Of a stretch of 64,000 bases of DNA, positions 34,271 to 48,076 are shown piece by piece. Both the position numbers and the translations under genes were made by a program. Source of the DNA: Camelus ferus. Lineage: Eukaryota. The stretch spans positions 870,001 through 934,000 of the forward strand of contig NC_045697.1 of the NCBI RefSeq assembly GCF_009834535.1, read 5' to 3'. The notes below the pieces were generated by a model. It saw nothing but the letters and a program-made list of their open reading frames with translations. It was not told where the DNA came from and made no database searches. Position 1 is the first letter of the stretch. Every line of letters starts with the position of its first letter.

Positions 34271-37200
34271 GGCCTCCGTCCCCTCCCTGTTCCTGATGGG
34301 CCAGCGGCCCAGCCTCAGGGTCCTTGCGGCTTCTCTGCACACCAGGGTTGTGCACCTAGCGGTCGGTCGAGGCCAGGCCTTAGGCCGTTTCCTCAGTGTC
34401 CCCTTTCCCCACTCTCAGCTCAGCTGCAGTGAGGCCAGCTGGCTGCAGTGAGCTCAGCGGCCATGGGCGCTGGGATTTGGGTATCCATTGTTCTCCCCTG
34501 GGTCTGTGTCCCCTGCTCTTGGGCGTCTGCTGCTCCCTGAGGGCTCATGGCCAGGCCTGGGGTGCGAACACTCGTCCCCCAAGCAGGCTCGGCTCTGGCC
34601 GTGAGCCCCACCCCCCCACATCCCTGGCGTGGACCACTCCTCCCGCTAACACACACTAGACTTTCCTCAAACACAACTTCATTTCCATTTGTGCCATTGA
34701 TTGTCTGCACAGACAAAGGCCCCTTTCAGGGACGTCAGAGGTTCAGCAAATAAATAAATGAATGAAGTCTCAGCGGAGGAAGAGGTGGTGGGAAGGGGCT
34801 GGGGGGCAGCCAGCATCCCCCATCAGCTGCCCCGCCCTCCGAGGGAGCCCAGGCTGGGGACAGAGGATGGGCTGGGGGCTTGAGCAGCATTTGGGAAGCT
34901 TTAGGGGTATGAGGGCCAGGAACGGGGGTGTCTCACACAGAGGGCTCCCACAAAGGCTGGGGGCTGTCTCGGTCTGGATATGGTATGTCCTGTGGGGAGG
35001 ACAGGAATGGAGGCCCCAGTTCTGGGTGATGTGAGTGGCAGGCCTGCATATGGTCCCCCATGTGTCCCTGCAAGCCAGGTACCACCCTTGACTGTACCTT
35101 CCTGGGGTCCCAGCTTGGACCTGGAGATGACCCTTAGCCCAGAGGAATGACTGTTCTTTTCTTGGCAGGTCTGAGCTTCATGATTTGGAGGCCCCCACAA
35201 GCTGCCTTCCAGGGTGGGAGGCCGGAGCTGTATCCCTGATCCTGGGTCCCCCCACCCCCATAAATCCAGAACTCAGGGGACATGGGGCTGGGCTGGCCAG
35301 TAGATTTATGCACAGAAAGCTGCACCAAACTCTGAGAGGGTGGCCCTGAGCACCTCGGTCCTCCTGCGTGGCCCCACGGTGCCGCTGGAGTGGGGCCCAG
35401 GAAGGGTAAGGGCTGCATCCCACAGAGGGGCTTGACTCAGCCTGTCTGAGGGAAAGCAGGCTGTGGGCGAGGCTCCTCAAAGAAAGTTGACGGCACAGTC
35501 AGTTCCCAGCCCTGGCAGACAGAACTAGAGCTGCGTGGCTGATAGACAGAGCTAGAGGGGTCCAGGAGGGCTGCCTGGAGGAGAGAGTAAAAGACAGGCC
35601 TACAGGAGAGAAGGGACGGGCCTGCTCAATTGGCTGCTGCTCCAGTCCAGGCCCGCTCCAGGCCCCAGGGCCTTGCTGACTCCTGGCCATTCTGCGGACA
35701 ACAATGGCCAGCATTTAAATTCCAATTGAATCGCCTGAGTGGCCTCGGGCGTGAGAACAGGAGCCCCAACCCCCCAGTCTGAGCCCCACCCGCCACATTC
35801 CTGCCTCCCCGGAGATGGCCATGGCCGGGAGTCGCCAGGGGGCCGGAACGCAGCGCTCAATGGCCAGGGACAAGGGGCCATTGAGCGGTGACGGGCCGGG
35901 ATTGAGCCGTCAGCGCCCTCCACTTGGGATCCCCCTCCTCTGTCCCGGCCCCCTCCCAGCGTTACCAACGTCAGCTGCTGGAGGGGACCCTGCTCACACC
36001 CTCCTGGGCCCAGAGAAGACACGGGCCTGGGTCTCCTCGACTGACCCACTGACCATGAGGCCTTCTTCTCAGCCCCTCCCCACCACAGCCAGAGAGGCTG
36101 TGTCTTAATCAGATCATGTCAGGGCCCTGCCTCGAGCCTCAGGGCTGCCCCATGCCTCAGGGACTGAAGGCCGGCTCCTCCCTCCCCAGGCCAGCTGACT
36201 GCTGCCTCCTCTGGCCCGCCCTTGTCTCCACCCTGTCACCCTGCCCTGTGGCACCCGGCAGGCCTTCCCTGGCCACCCGCCCCGCCACCTGCTCTCCTCC
36301 TGCCCAGCCTCCTGCCCTGTCCATCACCCCCAACGCTATCACCCCACAGAGGTGGGACCCCACCCGTGCTCTGCGTCCAGCAGCCATCCTGAGCCTGGCA
36401 CTCGGTGTCTACACGTCTGAGGAATCGAGATGTCAGCGCAAATGAGCTGTTGACCATATCCCCAGGACCCTGGACGGGGCACAATGCCCTCACAACAGCC
36501 CTGCCAGAGGGGAGAGTGAAGGGGGCGTGCGGGCAGCCCACGTCCTGGCCTCACTGGGGCCCTGGGAGCTGAGGCCCATCCCATGCAGCAATCCAAGGCC
36601 CCCAGGGGCTTCATCCTGTCCCCTCCTTGGAGTTGGCCTCTGCTCCTGGAGCCACCAAAGGCTAGGTGCTGGCTAAGCAGTGCCCACCAGCATTCATCTC
36701 CACCCAGACAGGGTCACCAGACGGGCCTCGCGGCTGGGCACAGCCCCTCCTCCCTCCAGGCCGTGCCAAGGACCTTGTCTCCGGCCAGGGTGGGAGGATG
36801 TCAGGCAGGACGCCGGTGAGCCTGAGCCCAGGAAACGAGGGTGACCAGGAGGCCCAAAGCTCTGGCTGCCGGGGGCCCTGCCTGAAGAGAGCCCAGGGAC
36901 TGGAGAGTCTGGCGTGGTGCCCAGGGCAGCACAGCATCCCTGTGCAGACACCTCCTTCCGCCCTGCTTGGGAAGATGAGCTCAGCAGCCTGTCTCCCGGG
37001 CATGGGGGGGCTGCTGGGGGGGCCAGAGAGAGTGGGGCATCCTTGGTCAGGAAGGGCAGCCTGCCAGATAGGGCATGTATCCCCGGGGGGCACAGGGGCC
37101 CACCTCCCCCAGACAGCTGTCCAGGAACCCCAGGCAAGTAAGATGCGTCGGCTCTGGGGCTGGGCTTTTCCTCCAGGGAGCCCTCAGGGAGGGTGGCAGG

Positions 37201-37754
37201 GAGGGCTTCAGGCAGGCACCCCCTCAGGCCCTGGCCGCACTGACCACAGAGACTGCCACCTCGGGGCTCCCCAGAGCAGCCTGTCCAGCCATTCTCACCC
37301 TCAGTGGCTGATCCAGGGCCGCACAGCTGAAGACAGGAAAGGAGCCTTGCCGCTGAGGCCTCGCCCCTGCACAGTGCATCCAGAGTGAAGCCCACGCCCC
37401 AGGAAGCCCCTTTGGCCTCCAGCCTCTGGCCTGCCCTGAGCCCATCGGTCAGATCGGCCCTTCCTGTGCTCCAGACCCTCCCGTGGCTGCCACCTTGCTG
37501 GGAAAAAGCCAGTTCCCTGGCTGCCCAGGCCTGCCCTGCCCCTCCCTTACACCGCTGGGCCTCTTGGTCCCGGGGTCCCTGGCCCTGCGTCAGTCCCTCT
37601 GCCTGGCGCTCCCCTCCCTCAGCTCAGGGCGTCAGCCATCAGCCCCATGTGGCCACCTTCCTCACGTGATGCAGCCGGAGCCCCACCCTGCCCGCACGAC
37701 TGAGGGGCTGGCCCTCCAATTGACCACTGTGTGGTTGTCCAGCCCTGGAGGGCA

Positions 37755-37822
37755 GGCCCCCAGTGCCACAAGCAGTGCCAGGCACACAGCAGGTGCTGGG
37801 GGACAGTGCAGAATGAATGAGT
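37755..37822 (+). mobile_element. LINE2 3'-end fragment
   Basis: cccagtgccacaagcagtgccaggcacacagcaggtgct...gaatgaatga matches the L2 terminal motif. Confidence 0.6.
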
Positions 37823-40800
37823 GCCTCCTCATTCCCAAATCCCGAGCTGAGGCTCCGAGCAAGACGTGCCAGGGAGTGGAAGGGACCGGGTGGCCTGGCC
37901 CGTCCCCGGCGCCCTCCCTGGTCCAGAGAGCACCGAGGCCTGCAGCAGGTGCCTCTGCCCTCCTCCTGCCCCGGCAGCCCAGATGTCCGTCGGGCTTCAC
38001 AGGGGTGGGGACCCCTCACCTGCTTCATTGTTGAGGGGAATCCCAGGGCCAGCCAGGGCAGCAGACTGGGCTGTGGAGCCCAACAAGCCCCTGCGGACCC
38101 CCGTCTTTACACTTCAGTGGGCAGGCGGCAGCAGGGGTGGGGGACAGGCTGCCAGCCCTCCCCTGGAGGTCCTGGGAGCCCGAGGCCCGTCCTCAGCTCG
38201 GCTGCGTCAGGGTCCTCACTGCCAGCCTCTCCCCTCCTGCCACACCCGCAAGGCTGGGCCACCCCTCAGGTCCTGTGTCCAGGCTGTGCCAGATGTCAGG
38301 GGCCCTTGCCCGGGGTGGAGGGTGAGCAGGAAGGGTTTTGTTGAGTGGGTGGCTCTGAAAGAGCCCTGAGTTGGGGGGCGGGGAGGCGGGGAGGCGGGGG
38401 TACAGGCTTCAGGGGAAGGAATGTCCCGGCTGGGGCAGAGGTGGACTCAGAGTGTCTGAGGAGCAGCCAGCAGAGGGTGGTTGGAGAGGTTGTCTGTGAG
38501 CCCCAAGCTGAGCGGCGGTTCAGCCTGGAGCCCAGGAGCCACTCAGCAGAGCCCTGGCCGGCTGGGAAGGAGAGACTGAGGGGGCAGCACCCGAGGTGAG
38601 GGGTGAGGAGGCGTACAGATGTCCAAGGCAGGTGGCTCTGGGAAGAGACAGTAGCCAGCAGGGCTGGACCCATCCGGGAGGTCCAGCCCGACCTCATGCC
38701 CAGCCCTGAGGCAGCTCCCTGAGCCCCAGATGACCCGGCTCAGTGTCCCTCAGCTCCCCCTCACCTGCATTGGGGTCCAGGCCTGGGCCGGTTGTGACCA
38801 TACAGTGGCTCTGCCCTTCTGATGTCGGGTCACTGCTGTCCCCTGCAGGGCTGCCTGCAGGTGGGAACGTGGTCTCAGGCCTGGGAGGGGAAACATGGCT
38901 ACAGAATGCCGAGGGCCCTCCATCTTGCCAGCCAGACTCCCCGGGACTGCTCTTTCGTGGGCATGGAAACCCACAGCTGCATCTTCTTTCTCCCTTTGCT
39001 CTGGCTGCCAGGGAGCTCAGGATCAAAGCCAAGGGCTCCAGGGCAGTAACTCTCCCTCCACAGGTTCAGGAGTATTTTTCTTTTCTTGGCCTAATTAAAT
39101 TCAGTGTGAAAAAGGTACATTTTCTCAGCAGCTTAAAGCTCAAACCTGCATAGCAGACCATGCCTGGTGCCTGTGTCCCCGGGATGTACTTTCCTTCTCT
39201 CTCAGCCCCAAGGCCCAGACATGCCTGGCACCCAACCTCCCCCAGCCCCGGCAGAGCCCCCACCTGGACTTGCAGTCCCGTCTTCGTCAGGACTGGCCAT
39301 CAAGCTAGGCTGGGGGCCTGAACAGGTGGCCTCCCTCATCCCGGACCTGGGGACTCACCTAAGCCCTCAGCTGCCTCCCAGGTGGAGGGGGCATCCTGAG
39401 CAGGGTTGAGGGGTCAAGCCAAGGCCACCAGGGTCCATGACAAGTGCTGGGCTTGGTGAAGTGTTGCATCCCAAGAGGGTGGCAAGAACGAGGTCCCAAA
39501 GCCTGGCGTCCCCCGGGACTAGCTGAGGTCCTCCCTGCCTGGGTGCTCCCCGAGGGCTGGCCCTGGCTTTGAGGGAGCTGGCTGGGTGCTCGGTGGGCCC
39601 TGGGCCTGGCAGCATCCCAGAGAATACGGCCGTGCTCAGGCCACGGTCAATGAGCCGTTGTGCTCTGCTAATCCTGCCCACCTGGCGGGACAGATGTGTC
39701 CTTGCTGGCAGACCCTAGCTCCTGCCGGCAGCAGCTGGCAGCCACACACGGCCAGGGACTCATGTGCATCCTGGGGGCTCTGGGAGCCCCACCCAAGCAG
39801 AGAGTGAGCCTTGCACCCTGCTCCCCCCCCCCCACCCGACCAGCTGTCATCAAGGCCACGCTCACTGCTGCGGCAGGCGGCTGACTACAGCCTCGCAGCT
39901 GCTCACAGCCAGAGCAGTCCTTGCCCCTTCCTGGGGGTGCAGGTCCTGACTATAGGGGCCTGAGTCCTCTATCTTGACTTGAAACCCCTTTCGACAGCCC
40001 CTGAGCACCTCCACGAATGCCGGGCTGAGCAGGGGCTCAGGACACACAGCCAGCCTCCGGCCCCCGGCACCTTGGGGCCCTCCTTGGGTAACGGGGTCCC
40101 AGTAGTTTGGGATTGAGGACAGCATGCCTGGGAGCAGCACTAAAGACCTGGGAGCAGAAGTAGGGTGGGGCAGGCAGAGGAGGGACTGGATGAGATCCCT
40201 GTCACAGAACAGACCCTCTTCAGGGCTGAGACACGGATCCAGACCCGGCCTCCAGGTTCCAGTCCAAGGGTGGGGGCTGCTGTGTGGAGAAGGATAGAGG
40301 CCAGGACCCCAGCCACAGCGGGACAGATGGTGCTGCAGTCGACTGATAATGTCTGCCAGGGCACAGGCTGGCACATGGTGGCACGTGTGGCATATAACTG
40401 CCACCCCTAGGGTCACAAAAGCACACCCCTGAGACCACAGTCTCCATCCCAAGGCGCCTTCCCTGATTCTTGTCGGCCGGGCCTCTGTGTCAGCTAGCGG
40501 CTGGCGGAGGCACACTCCATTCTGGGTGAGCCCGCCTCCAGCAGAAGTGTGTGGGGCTGGACCTCATGGGGGCCATCTCCCAAGGCTGAACTACAGGAGG
40601 TGCAGAAAGGGTCTGACACCAGCCCGTCCCCTGCAGGTCGAGTCACCTGGCTCCACGGTGGCACCTTTGCTGTCCCCACTTCATAAACATGCCTGAGACC
40701 ACTCACCAAGTGCCAGCATTGCTGGGATTAGCTCTGAGATGGGGAGGGCAGGGCTGTGTGTGGGCTGTGAGTGATCAGGGGTGGCGATGCTGAGGGCCAG

Positions 40801-43800
40801 GGTAGGGCCAGGGCACCACAACACTCAGAGGTCTGCAGGGGGTCAGGTCGTCCTGTGTCTACTCCTCGCACCTGAGGGTCATCTTCCGGGGGGGGGGCAG
40901 CACTGAGCAGGGAGGCCCTGGGGAGCGGGCTGGCCCCGTCGAGTCTCCACCTGCCCAGCAAGCTGGATTTCTGGCACTACCAGTTCTGTGAGCTCACAAC
41001 AGCAAGCAGCCTGGAATCCTTTAAGCAATTTACAAGGAGCACACAGTGTCTGGGCCAGGTGCGTGTGTGTGAGCACCTATGCCCATGTGTGTGCGCGTGT
41101 GAGCACATCTGAGGGGAAGGAGTGGGGTGCCACACTGAGCCCTTCCCGTCCTTCGATGCTAGGATCAGGGGCCTCCTGAGAGTGTGGGGTCCTGCAGAGT
41201 CACAGGGAGCCTGGACAGGTCAGCCTGTGAGCTGGGCTGGGTGGTGGACCTGCCACCCACCTGTGAGCCCTGCCGGCAGTGAGCATGGATGCCCAGGGCT
41301 GGACAGGGTTGGTGCAGGGATAGGGGCGTGGGAATGAGGGGATCCTCCAGGCTGTACCAGCTCCTGGTTTTGAAGGTGTGATGCATTCTCCACTCTCAGC
41401 AGGGAGATGTAGCAAGGGGGAATGAAATGGGAGGGCCAGACCAGGTACAGGGCTGGGCCCAACCCCGTGGGTTATGAGCCACTCTCCTAGGAGTCACGGT
41501 GAAGTCTGTTCACCAGCCACACTTGGCTACTCGACCTGTAGGGGCAAAAAGTGGCCTGCAGAGGAGTCAGGGAGCAGAGGCATCACCCAGCAAGGGGCAG
41601 CTACAGCTTCTCCCTCTGTGGGCTGAGACCCAGGACCCTTCACCCACCTGAGGCTGGGCCCTGTGTTCTGCCCCTGCAGCACCCCCTCCCCCAGAAGGAT
41701 GAGCTTTGAGCCCCAAGGCCATGGAGTGCAGGCCTCGCTGAACCCCTGGGAACGTCGCCAAGGGCAATTGTCAGAAGAGGGGTCTTGGCTGGTGCAAGTC
41801 AGGGTGGGGGCCTGGGAGGGCAGCTAACGGAGGCACTCCAGGCACCAGGAGGTCATAGCCACAAGCATGGGAGGACAGCCCTTCTGGATTTGTTGTGTGC
41901 CCCAGGGTAGGCCACTGCCCTCTCTGAAGCTGAGCACATTCCTTGTCTGTCTACCTGAGACCATTCATCTCCTTAGCCTCGAAGAGCCAAGGGGCCAGGG
42001 GAGGGAGGCCTTTTCTGAGTCGGCCAGAGTCGGCCAGCTTTGGTGGGCTAGCCTGGAGCCTGCATTGGCCAAAGGTTGCCCTCAGCCAGGTCAGGGGCCG
42101 GTGGGTCCGGGGCCACCCAGAGCACTGAGCAGTCAGATGAAGCCTCCGACCAGTTCATACACATGCGTGTGGACACACGTGTACCAGGCTGGGCCTGGGC
42201 CCAGGGTGTGCTGGGATCTGAAGCCCCTGCCCTCGCTGGGTGCGTGCTCGGGCGGGCGCGGGGAGCCTGCCCAGCCTTGCTCTGACCCAGTTTCCCAGGC
42301 CTGGCCTGGCCCTCTGCTCGGGCGGGCAGGCGGCAATGGCAGCGGGAGCTTGCAGAGCTGGTCTGCGGCGTGGGAGCCCTGGACCCATGGCAGGTTGTGG
42401 GGGGCACCTGTTGGCTCGACATGCTGGGGGCTTGGGCACAGGCTGCTCCTGGGGGAACCGTGAGGCCAGCACACACACGCACGCACACGAGCAGGCTTGT
42501 GTGAAAGTCCGTGAGCATGTGCTCAAGGCCCTAGGGCTCCAGGCACAGGGAGGGTACCCCAGTACCCTGCCCTTGGGCCTCTACCTTCCACTGTGGTCAC
42601 GAGCTGTGCTGCCCACCTGGCTTTCTACCTGGGGATGAACCAACAGCACGTGGCCCGAAGACCAAGCCCTGTGGCCCTGCACTGCTGACCCGGCCACCAC
42701 CTCCTGGAGATCAGGGTCCTGGGGGTCATGGGTCTGGGGATAAGCCACAGAGCCACAGGGGCTTGGAAGGCAGAAGATGTCCCAGAGGAGGGGCGGGGTA
42801 GGGAGGGTCCAGATGGGCGGGAAGGTGGCAGGAGGGCGGGGGGGGGGGACAGAAGGGTGGTTCAGGAGGGGAGCCCTGGCCTGAAAAGCCCCTTTGATCC
42901 ACACTGAGGTAATGTGGACTCATCCTGAGACAACCTGGGCCTGGGAACACACCCCACCCCCACCCACTCCAGCCCTGGGCAGACCCTGGCCCAGTAGTTC
43001 CTCAGGGCAGGCTTGGCTGGAAGCTGGGGCAGGGTTGGCTTAAGACAAGACCCAGCAGGGACCACACGGAGTGGGCTTGGCAGCCAGAAGGGGAGCCTGG
43101 TGTGTCCCCCAACCCCGAGATTCCTGGTCCTCCCCAGGCCCACCAGGCCACCCCCAGCCCCAGCCTTGCTGCACCCAGCCCTCTCCGGCCCCGCCTCCCT
43201 GCCCAGCTCCCACTCATCTTCACCCTGAGCCTGGGGGTTCCTGTGAGGCCCCTCCCTGGCTGTGGCCTGTTGGGTGGCCCTGTCTGACAGGGCTAGAGAC
43301 CAGTGTGGGCACAAGTGTGGACACCAGGAGAGCCACTCTCTGCATGGGTGGCGGTCAGCTTCCCATCTGGGGGAGGCTGCCCCAACCACGCCCTCAGCCC
43401 CTGCAGGGCAGGCCAGCCAGACAATAGAGCTGTCAGAGGCCTTGGGCCCTGGGGAAGGCAGGCAGGCATGGCAGGGGAAGGTGGCTTCAGGAAGCCCCTC
43501 AGAGACATCTCTATTAGGGGGCTGCAGATCTGGCCTGAGCGCAAGGTCTCCGAGAGCTGGCAGAAGGGGCCAGCAGGGGCAGGGGAGGCCCTCAGGCTCA
43601 CGGCTGGTGGGGACTCACTGTCCACCAGGGCCTCCCACCGGCCCCTGGACTCAGCCCCCAGGAGGGCAGGCCCATTAGGCAGAGGAGCAAACTGAGGCTG
43701 GGAGCTGGGTGGTGACTAGGTGTCAGGTCGCCTGCTCCCAGGGTCCTGAAAGACCTTCAAAGGCACCCACAGCCCCCATCTCCCTCTGGGTGGGAGTGTC

Positions 43801-46800
43801 CTGAGGGACCACCCGGCCCCAGGCCCTGAGGGCTAGAGCCCTTGAGGTGCTTCACACCGCTGCGCCTTTGTCTCCCCATCTGTGAAGTGGTGCCACGCAG
43901 AGCGCTCTGGGCAGCTCCATGGCTGAAACAGACCCGCCTGTCCCGGTGCCCGCGTGTGCGCAGGCTGGCTGGGGCTGGAGCAGGCTTCCAGCAGGAGCAA
44001 GGTCTCGAGCGATCACTCTGCCCACCCTCCCTGAGTCAGGGGCTGGCAAGACCCCACAGGAAACACAGTCCCTCTCCTTAAAGGCCCAACAGCTGACCAC
44101 TCCCCATCTCTCCTTCCTGTGGGGTGGAGGGGGCAGGAGAGGAGGTGCCATGGGGCTTTTGGATCAGCAGAGCCCAGCCAAGGCTTTCTCTCCTGGAATC
44201 CCCAGAGCCCAGTCCCCCTTCCTGGGAAGCTGGGACCTCCATGGGCTCACCACCCACCCAGTGCCCGCTCTGAGCACTTTCCCAACAGGCCTCCTTCCTC
44301 CAGCCACCCTCTGAGCAAGTGCTGGTGGAGTCCCTGTACACACAGGAGGCCAAGGCCCTGGGAACGGCCAGCTGCCCGAGATCCCGGAACTGGGTCGCAG
44401 TGGTCCTGGGCTTTATCCTGGCTTCTACCTCAGAGAGCGGGCCTTAGCCTTCCACCCCAAGCCCACCCCCAGGCCAAGTGCTGCTAGCCCACTGCCAGTG
44501 GTGTCAGCTGGGCCCCAGGGTTGAGCCAGCCCTCAGGGCTGCCTGGAATGTCCCCCAGGCTGCATTCCCCTGGGCAGCAGCAGGCCTGGCCCGCGGTGGG
44601 AGTGGAATGTGCCTCCTGATGGACCTGGCTGGGGGTGCACACAAAGAAGGGGGCTCCTGATAGGGGTTGCTTGGTGAATCCGCGATCTCTGCCCAGTGTC
44701 TGTAAATTTACTCGGCAAATAGCTGCCTCCTCCATGCAGCTCTGTGCAACCTGAGCCAGCATCTGGCGGCTGGGCCCTGGTGGGGGCGGGGCTGGCCCTC
44801 CCTCCGGCTCCTGGGCGCCTGCCTGAGGCCAGAGGGTCTAGTCTGCACTCTGGGCTCCCTAAATACTGCAGAGAACACCTCACCCATTCCAAACTCAGCG
44901 GAAACCTCCCTGGGGCCAGGCAGCTGCACCTGGTCACCACATACCTGGGCAGGCCATGCCCCTTGAGGCTCTGTGCCTCGGTGTCCCCATCTATCAAGCA
45001 GGGCTGATGATGGGGCTGGTGTGAGCATCTGGCCCCTGGAGGTTCTCTGTCAGAGCCACTGTCACCCACAAATTCGGTCCTTCCGTTCCCAGTCCCACAG
45101 GCTGTGGGTTGCCCCAGTCTGAGTCTGCGGGGGACGCCCTGGCCCCAGCCCAGGTCGGACAGTGTTTACAGCCTCCAGCCAGCAGATGAGGGCCCCTCTG
45201 CCCGCTGGGCCCAGCTGGCCACACTGGACGTGCAGGCTCTGGCCAGAAGCATGGCTGAGGTGTGTCCATGGGTGACCTGTACAGGGACCAGTGGGGGCAA
45301 AGGGCAGGGGATCAAGGCCCCGGGGAGGGCCTTTGGCTGAGGCTCAGGGCAGAGCTCGCAGGGATTCCTGGAGCAGGTGACACCCACCCAGAAGGGCCAG
45401 CAGGACCCAGAAGAAAGGGCATTCCAAGGCGGGTGAGGGCTGCCTGGCGGGAGGGAGGAGGGCGTGGCGTGGGGCTGGCCCAGCGGCCTAGGCCCAGGTT
45501 CCTAATTCATCCGGAGCCTGCCGAGTTGGGCTTGTTTATTCTTGGCAGGAAGGCTGGTGCTGGGGGTGGGGGTGGGGGGAGTAAAGCCTTTTCAAAAAAT
45601 AATAATAATAAAAACGCTCATTTAGAAGGCTCCCAAGACGTGCTGAACTCCAAAAGAGTCCTGGAAAAAATGCTGAGAAGGTTTAAGTGTAAATGGACCC
45701 AAAACACCATAATTAAATTTCCCTTAAATTTACCAGAGTTTGGGGTCAAAGAAAAAATAAAACTTAGGGAAAATACACTTGAGGTTTCAGTCAAATGCCA
45801 AGTGCTTAGGAAAACAGATTTCAGAGCTGCTCAGTGGCCACTGGCCTGGCCCCCATCAGCCCTGGGAGCTACAGGGGCCTTCACCCCTCCCTGGCCAGAG
45901 CTGGCTGCCTCTCCAGGGCCCTCATTCCCAGGCCCACCCCCTTGGGCCCTTGGGGGCCTTCCCCACACCCTGGCTGGCCCTCCCCAGCCAGACTTCCCCC
46001 CACACCAGCACCTCGTGCTTTTCTGCACTTCGGGGCAGCCCTCTGTGCCAGGCTCCAGGCAGGGAGCTGGGGCCCCTCCCCCCAACCTGGGATGGAGCCC
46101 AGGAGAAGCCTGAGCTTTCATCCCCCCGCCCTCTACCCCACTCTCCTGTCTACAGACAGCACTGGTCTCCTTTTTTTGCTCATCTGGGAGCAACCACATT
46201 TTCCAAACCTAAAGTCAGGATCTGAGGTTTAGCGGTCTAAGTGAACCAAGGGGCGAAAAGGCCAGAATCTTTGGACTGTCACAGCACATCTGAGAAGACA
46301 GCCTCCCAACAGCATATGATTCATGGTGTTGCCCTTTTTGCTCAGCCTGCCAGGAAGCTCAAAGCTAAAATTAAGGCTCTTGTACAGCAGTTATTGTTGG
46401 CCACCGAAAGTTGGACTATTTTCTCTTCTGTATGTTCTTTAAAATTCCATTTCTGTTATAATGAGCAAATCAATTATGTTTTTTATTTTTTATCCTCAGG
46501 TTTTCTGAGAATGAATTTAAAAGGCAGAAATTACCCACAATCCACAACAGCCATGGCCTCTCTCAAATCTGCTGGGTCTTCTTTTGGGGGGAGGGGGTCC
46601 CTAGCTTAGCCCAGCCCAGAGGGGCTATTGAGGATCCCCTCCTCCTTCACCCTTTGGTGACCTTCTCTGGTCTCTGGGACCAAACCCTGTGCCCTGACAG
46701 CTGGAGGGGGCAGCAATGGTTTCCAGAGAAGCTGGAATGTGTGCTGGCAGATGGGGAGGTCCCAGGAGGAGACCAAACAGCCCCCACTGGGAATCCCAAG

Positions 46801-48076
46801 AGCCTCCTGGAGGAGATGGCCTGGGCACCAGAGACCTGGGGCCTTGGTCTCCCACATCCCTGCACTTTGCCTTGTGTCAGGGCAGAGGGGTGCTCCCACC
46901 AGCAGCCCCTCTCCAGGCCAGGCACTCCCAGAGGAGGAGGGGGCTGATTCGGGGGCTCTGGCTGGGGCACCACCTGCCCTGGGCTCCAGGCCTGGCTCTG
47001 GCCTTGGTGGGCACCTACTGGGGACCATGTGGCTGAGGCCTGCCGGGAGTGCTGAGAATGGCAGGCCGGGCGTGGATTCCAGTCCACACCAGGAGCATCC
47101 CCACTCCTGAGTGCACCTCAGTGCGGTGCCCCAGCATCAGCCCAGGGCTGGCAGGGAGGTAGGAGGGGTGGACACAGGGCCTGCTGCTGACAGCCTGCTG
47201 CCATTCCTGCACCCAGGGCACTCTACAGCCTGCTCGCCGCACAAGCCCCGGCAAGCCGGGCCGCCCAACCCTGAGTCACCGACAAAGCTGGGCGGGGCCA
47301 GCTGCTGTCAGCGCCCCCCTACTCTGCCTCACCCTCAGCCGCCCACACCCACCTGCACTCAGGCCTGCGATGTGGTCCTGCGGAGATGGGTGGGCATTCG
47401 GGGGGAGTGGGCAGGGTGGTGTCAACATCGGAGGGGTGTCTAGCAACATGGAGGCCCCTGCAGGCAGGCTGGCTGCCCCGGGACCCCAGCACCAGCACCC
47501 TGACCCTCTCAGCAGCCTATCCACACAGTCCCCCTGGCCCCCCACACCTTGGCCACCTGTCCGATGGGCCTGAGGAGTGCCTGAATCTCACCAGGGCACC
47601 AGGGGGACTGAGGCAGGCAATTCTGCAGAGGGTCTTGGGGGAAATGCTTTGTCCAGAGGGCAAGGACGCGATAGGGCCCATTTACAGGCTGCATAGCCCA
47701 GCCCTGGGAAGCACGACGTGGACGGTGCTGGTAACAGCAGGCTTGCTGCTGTCTGGGGACGGCCCCGGGAATCCGCTTGCTCCGGCCGAACACACTGATT
47801 GGAAACAATAATTGAGGACGATAAAATTATTTTGTCAAGAATAATAAACCGCCTTCAAGCAACCCCCTCCCCTGGTGTTGAGAGCAGGCCCAACTCCTCC
47901 AGCGCTGCAAGTGGGCAGTGCTCGGAACCTCTGGAAACAATTTAGCAGAATCAGCCACCAGGAGCCATGAAAATGCTCCAGATCTTTGACCTAAATGCCA
48001 CCAGACAGTACCACCGGCCGCACTAAAGGGGCCATGACAAACTCTGGGTGGCACCAAAGAAACCAGCCACCAAGGG

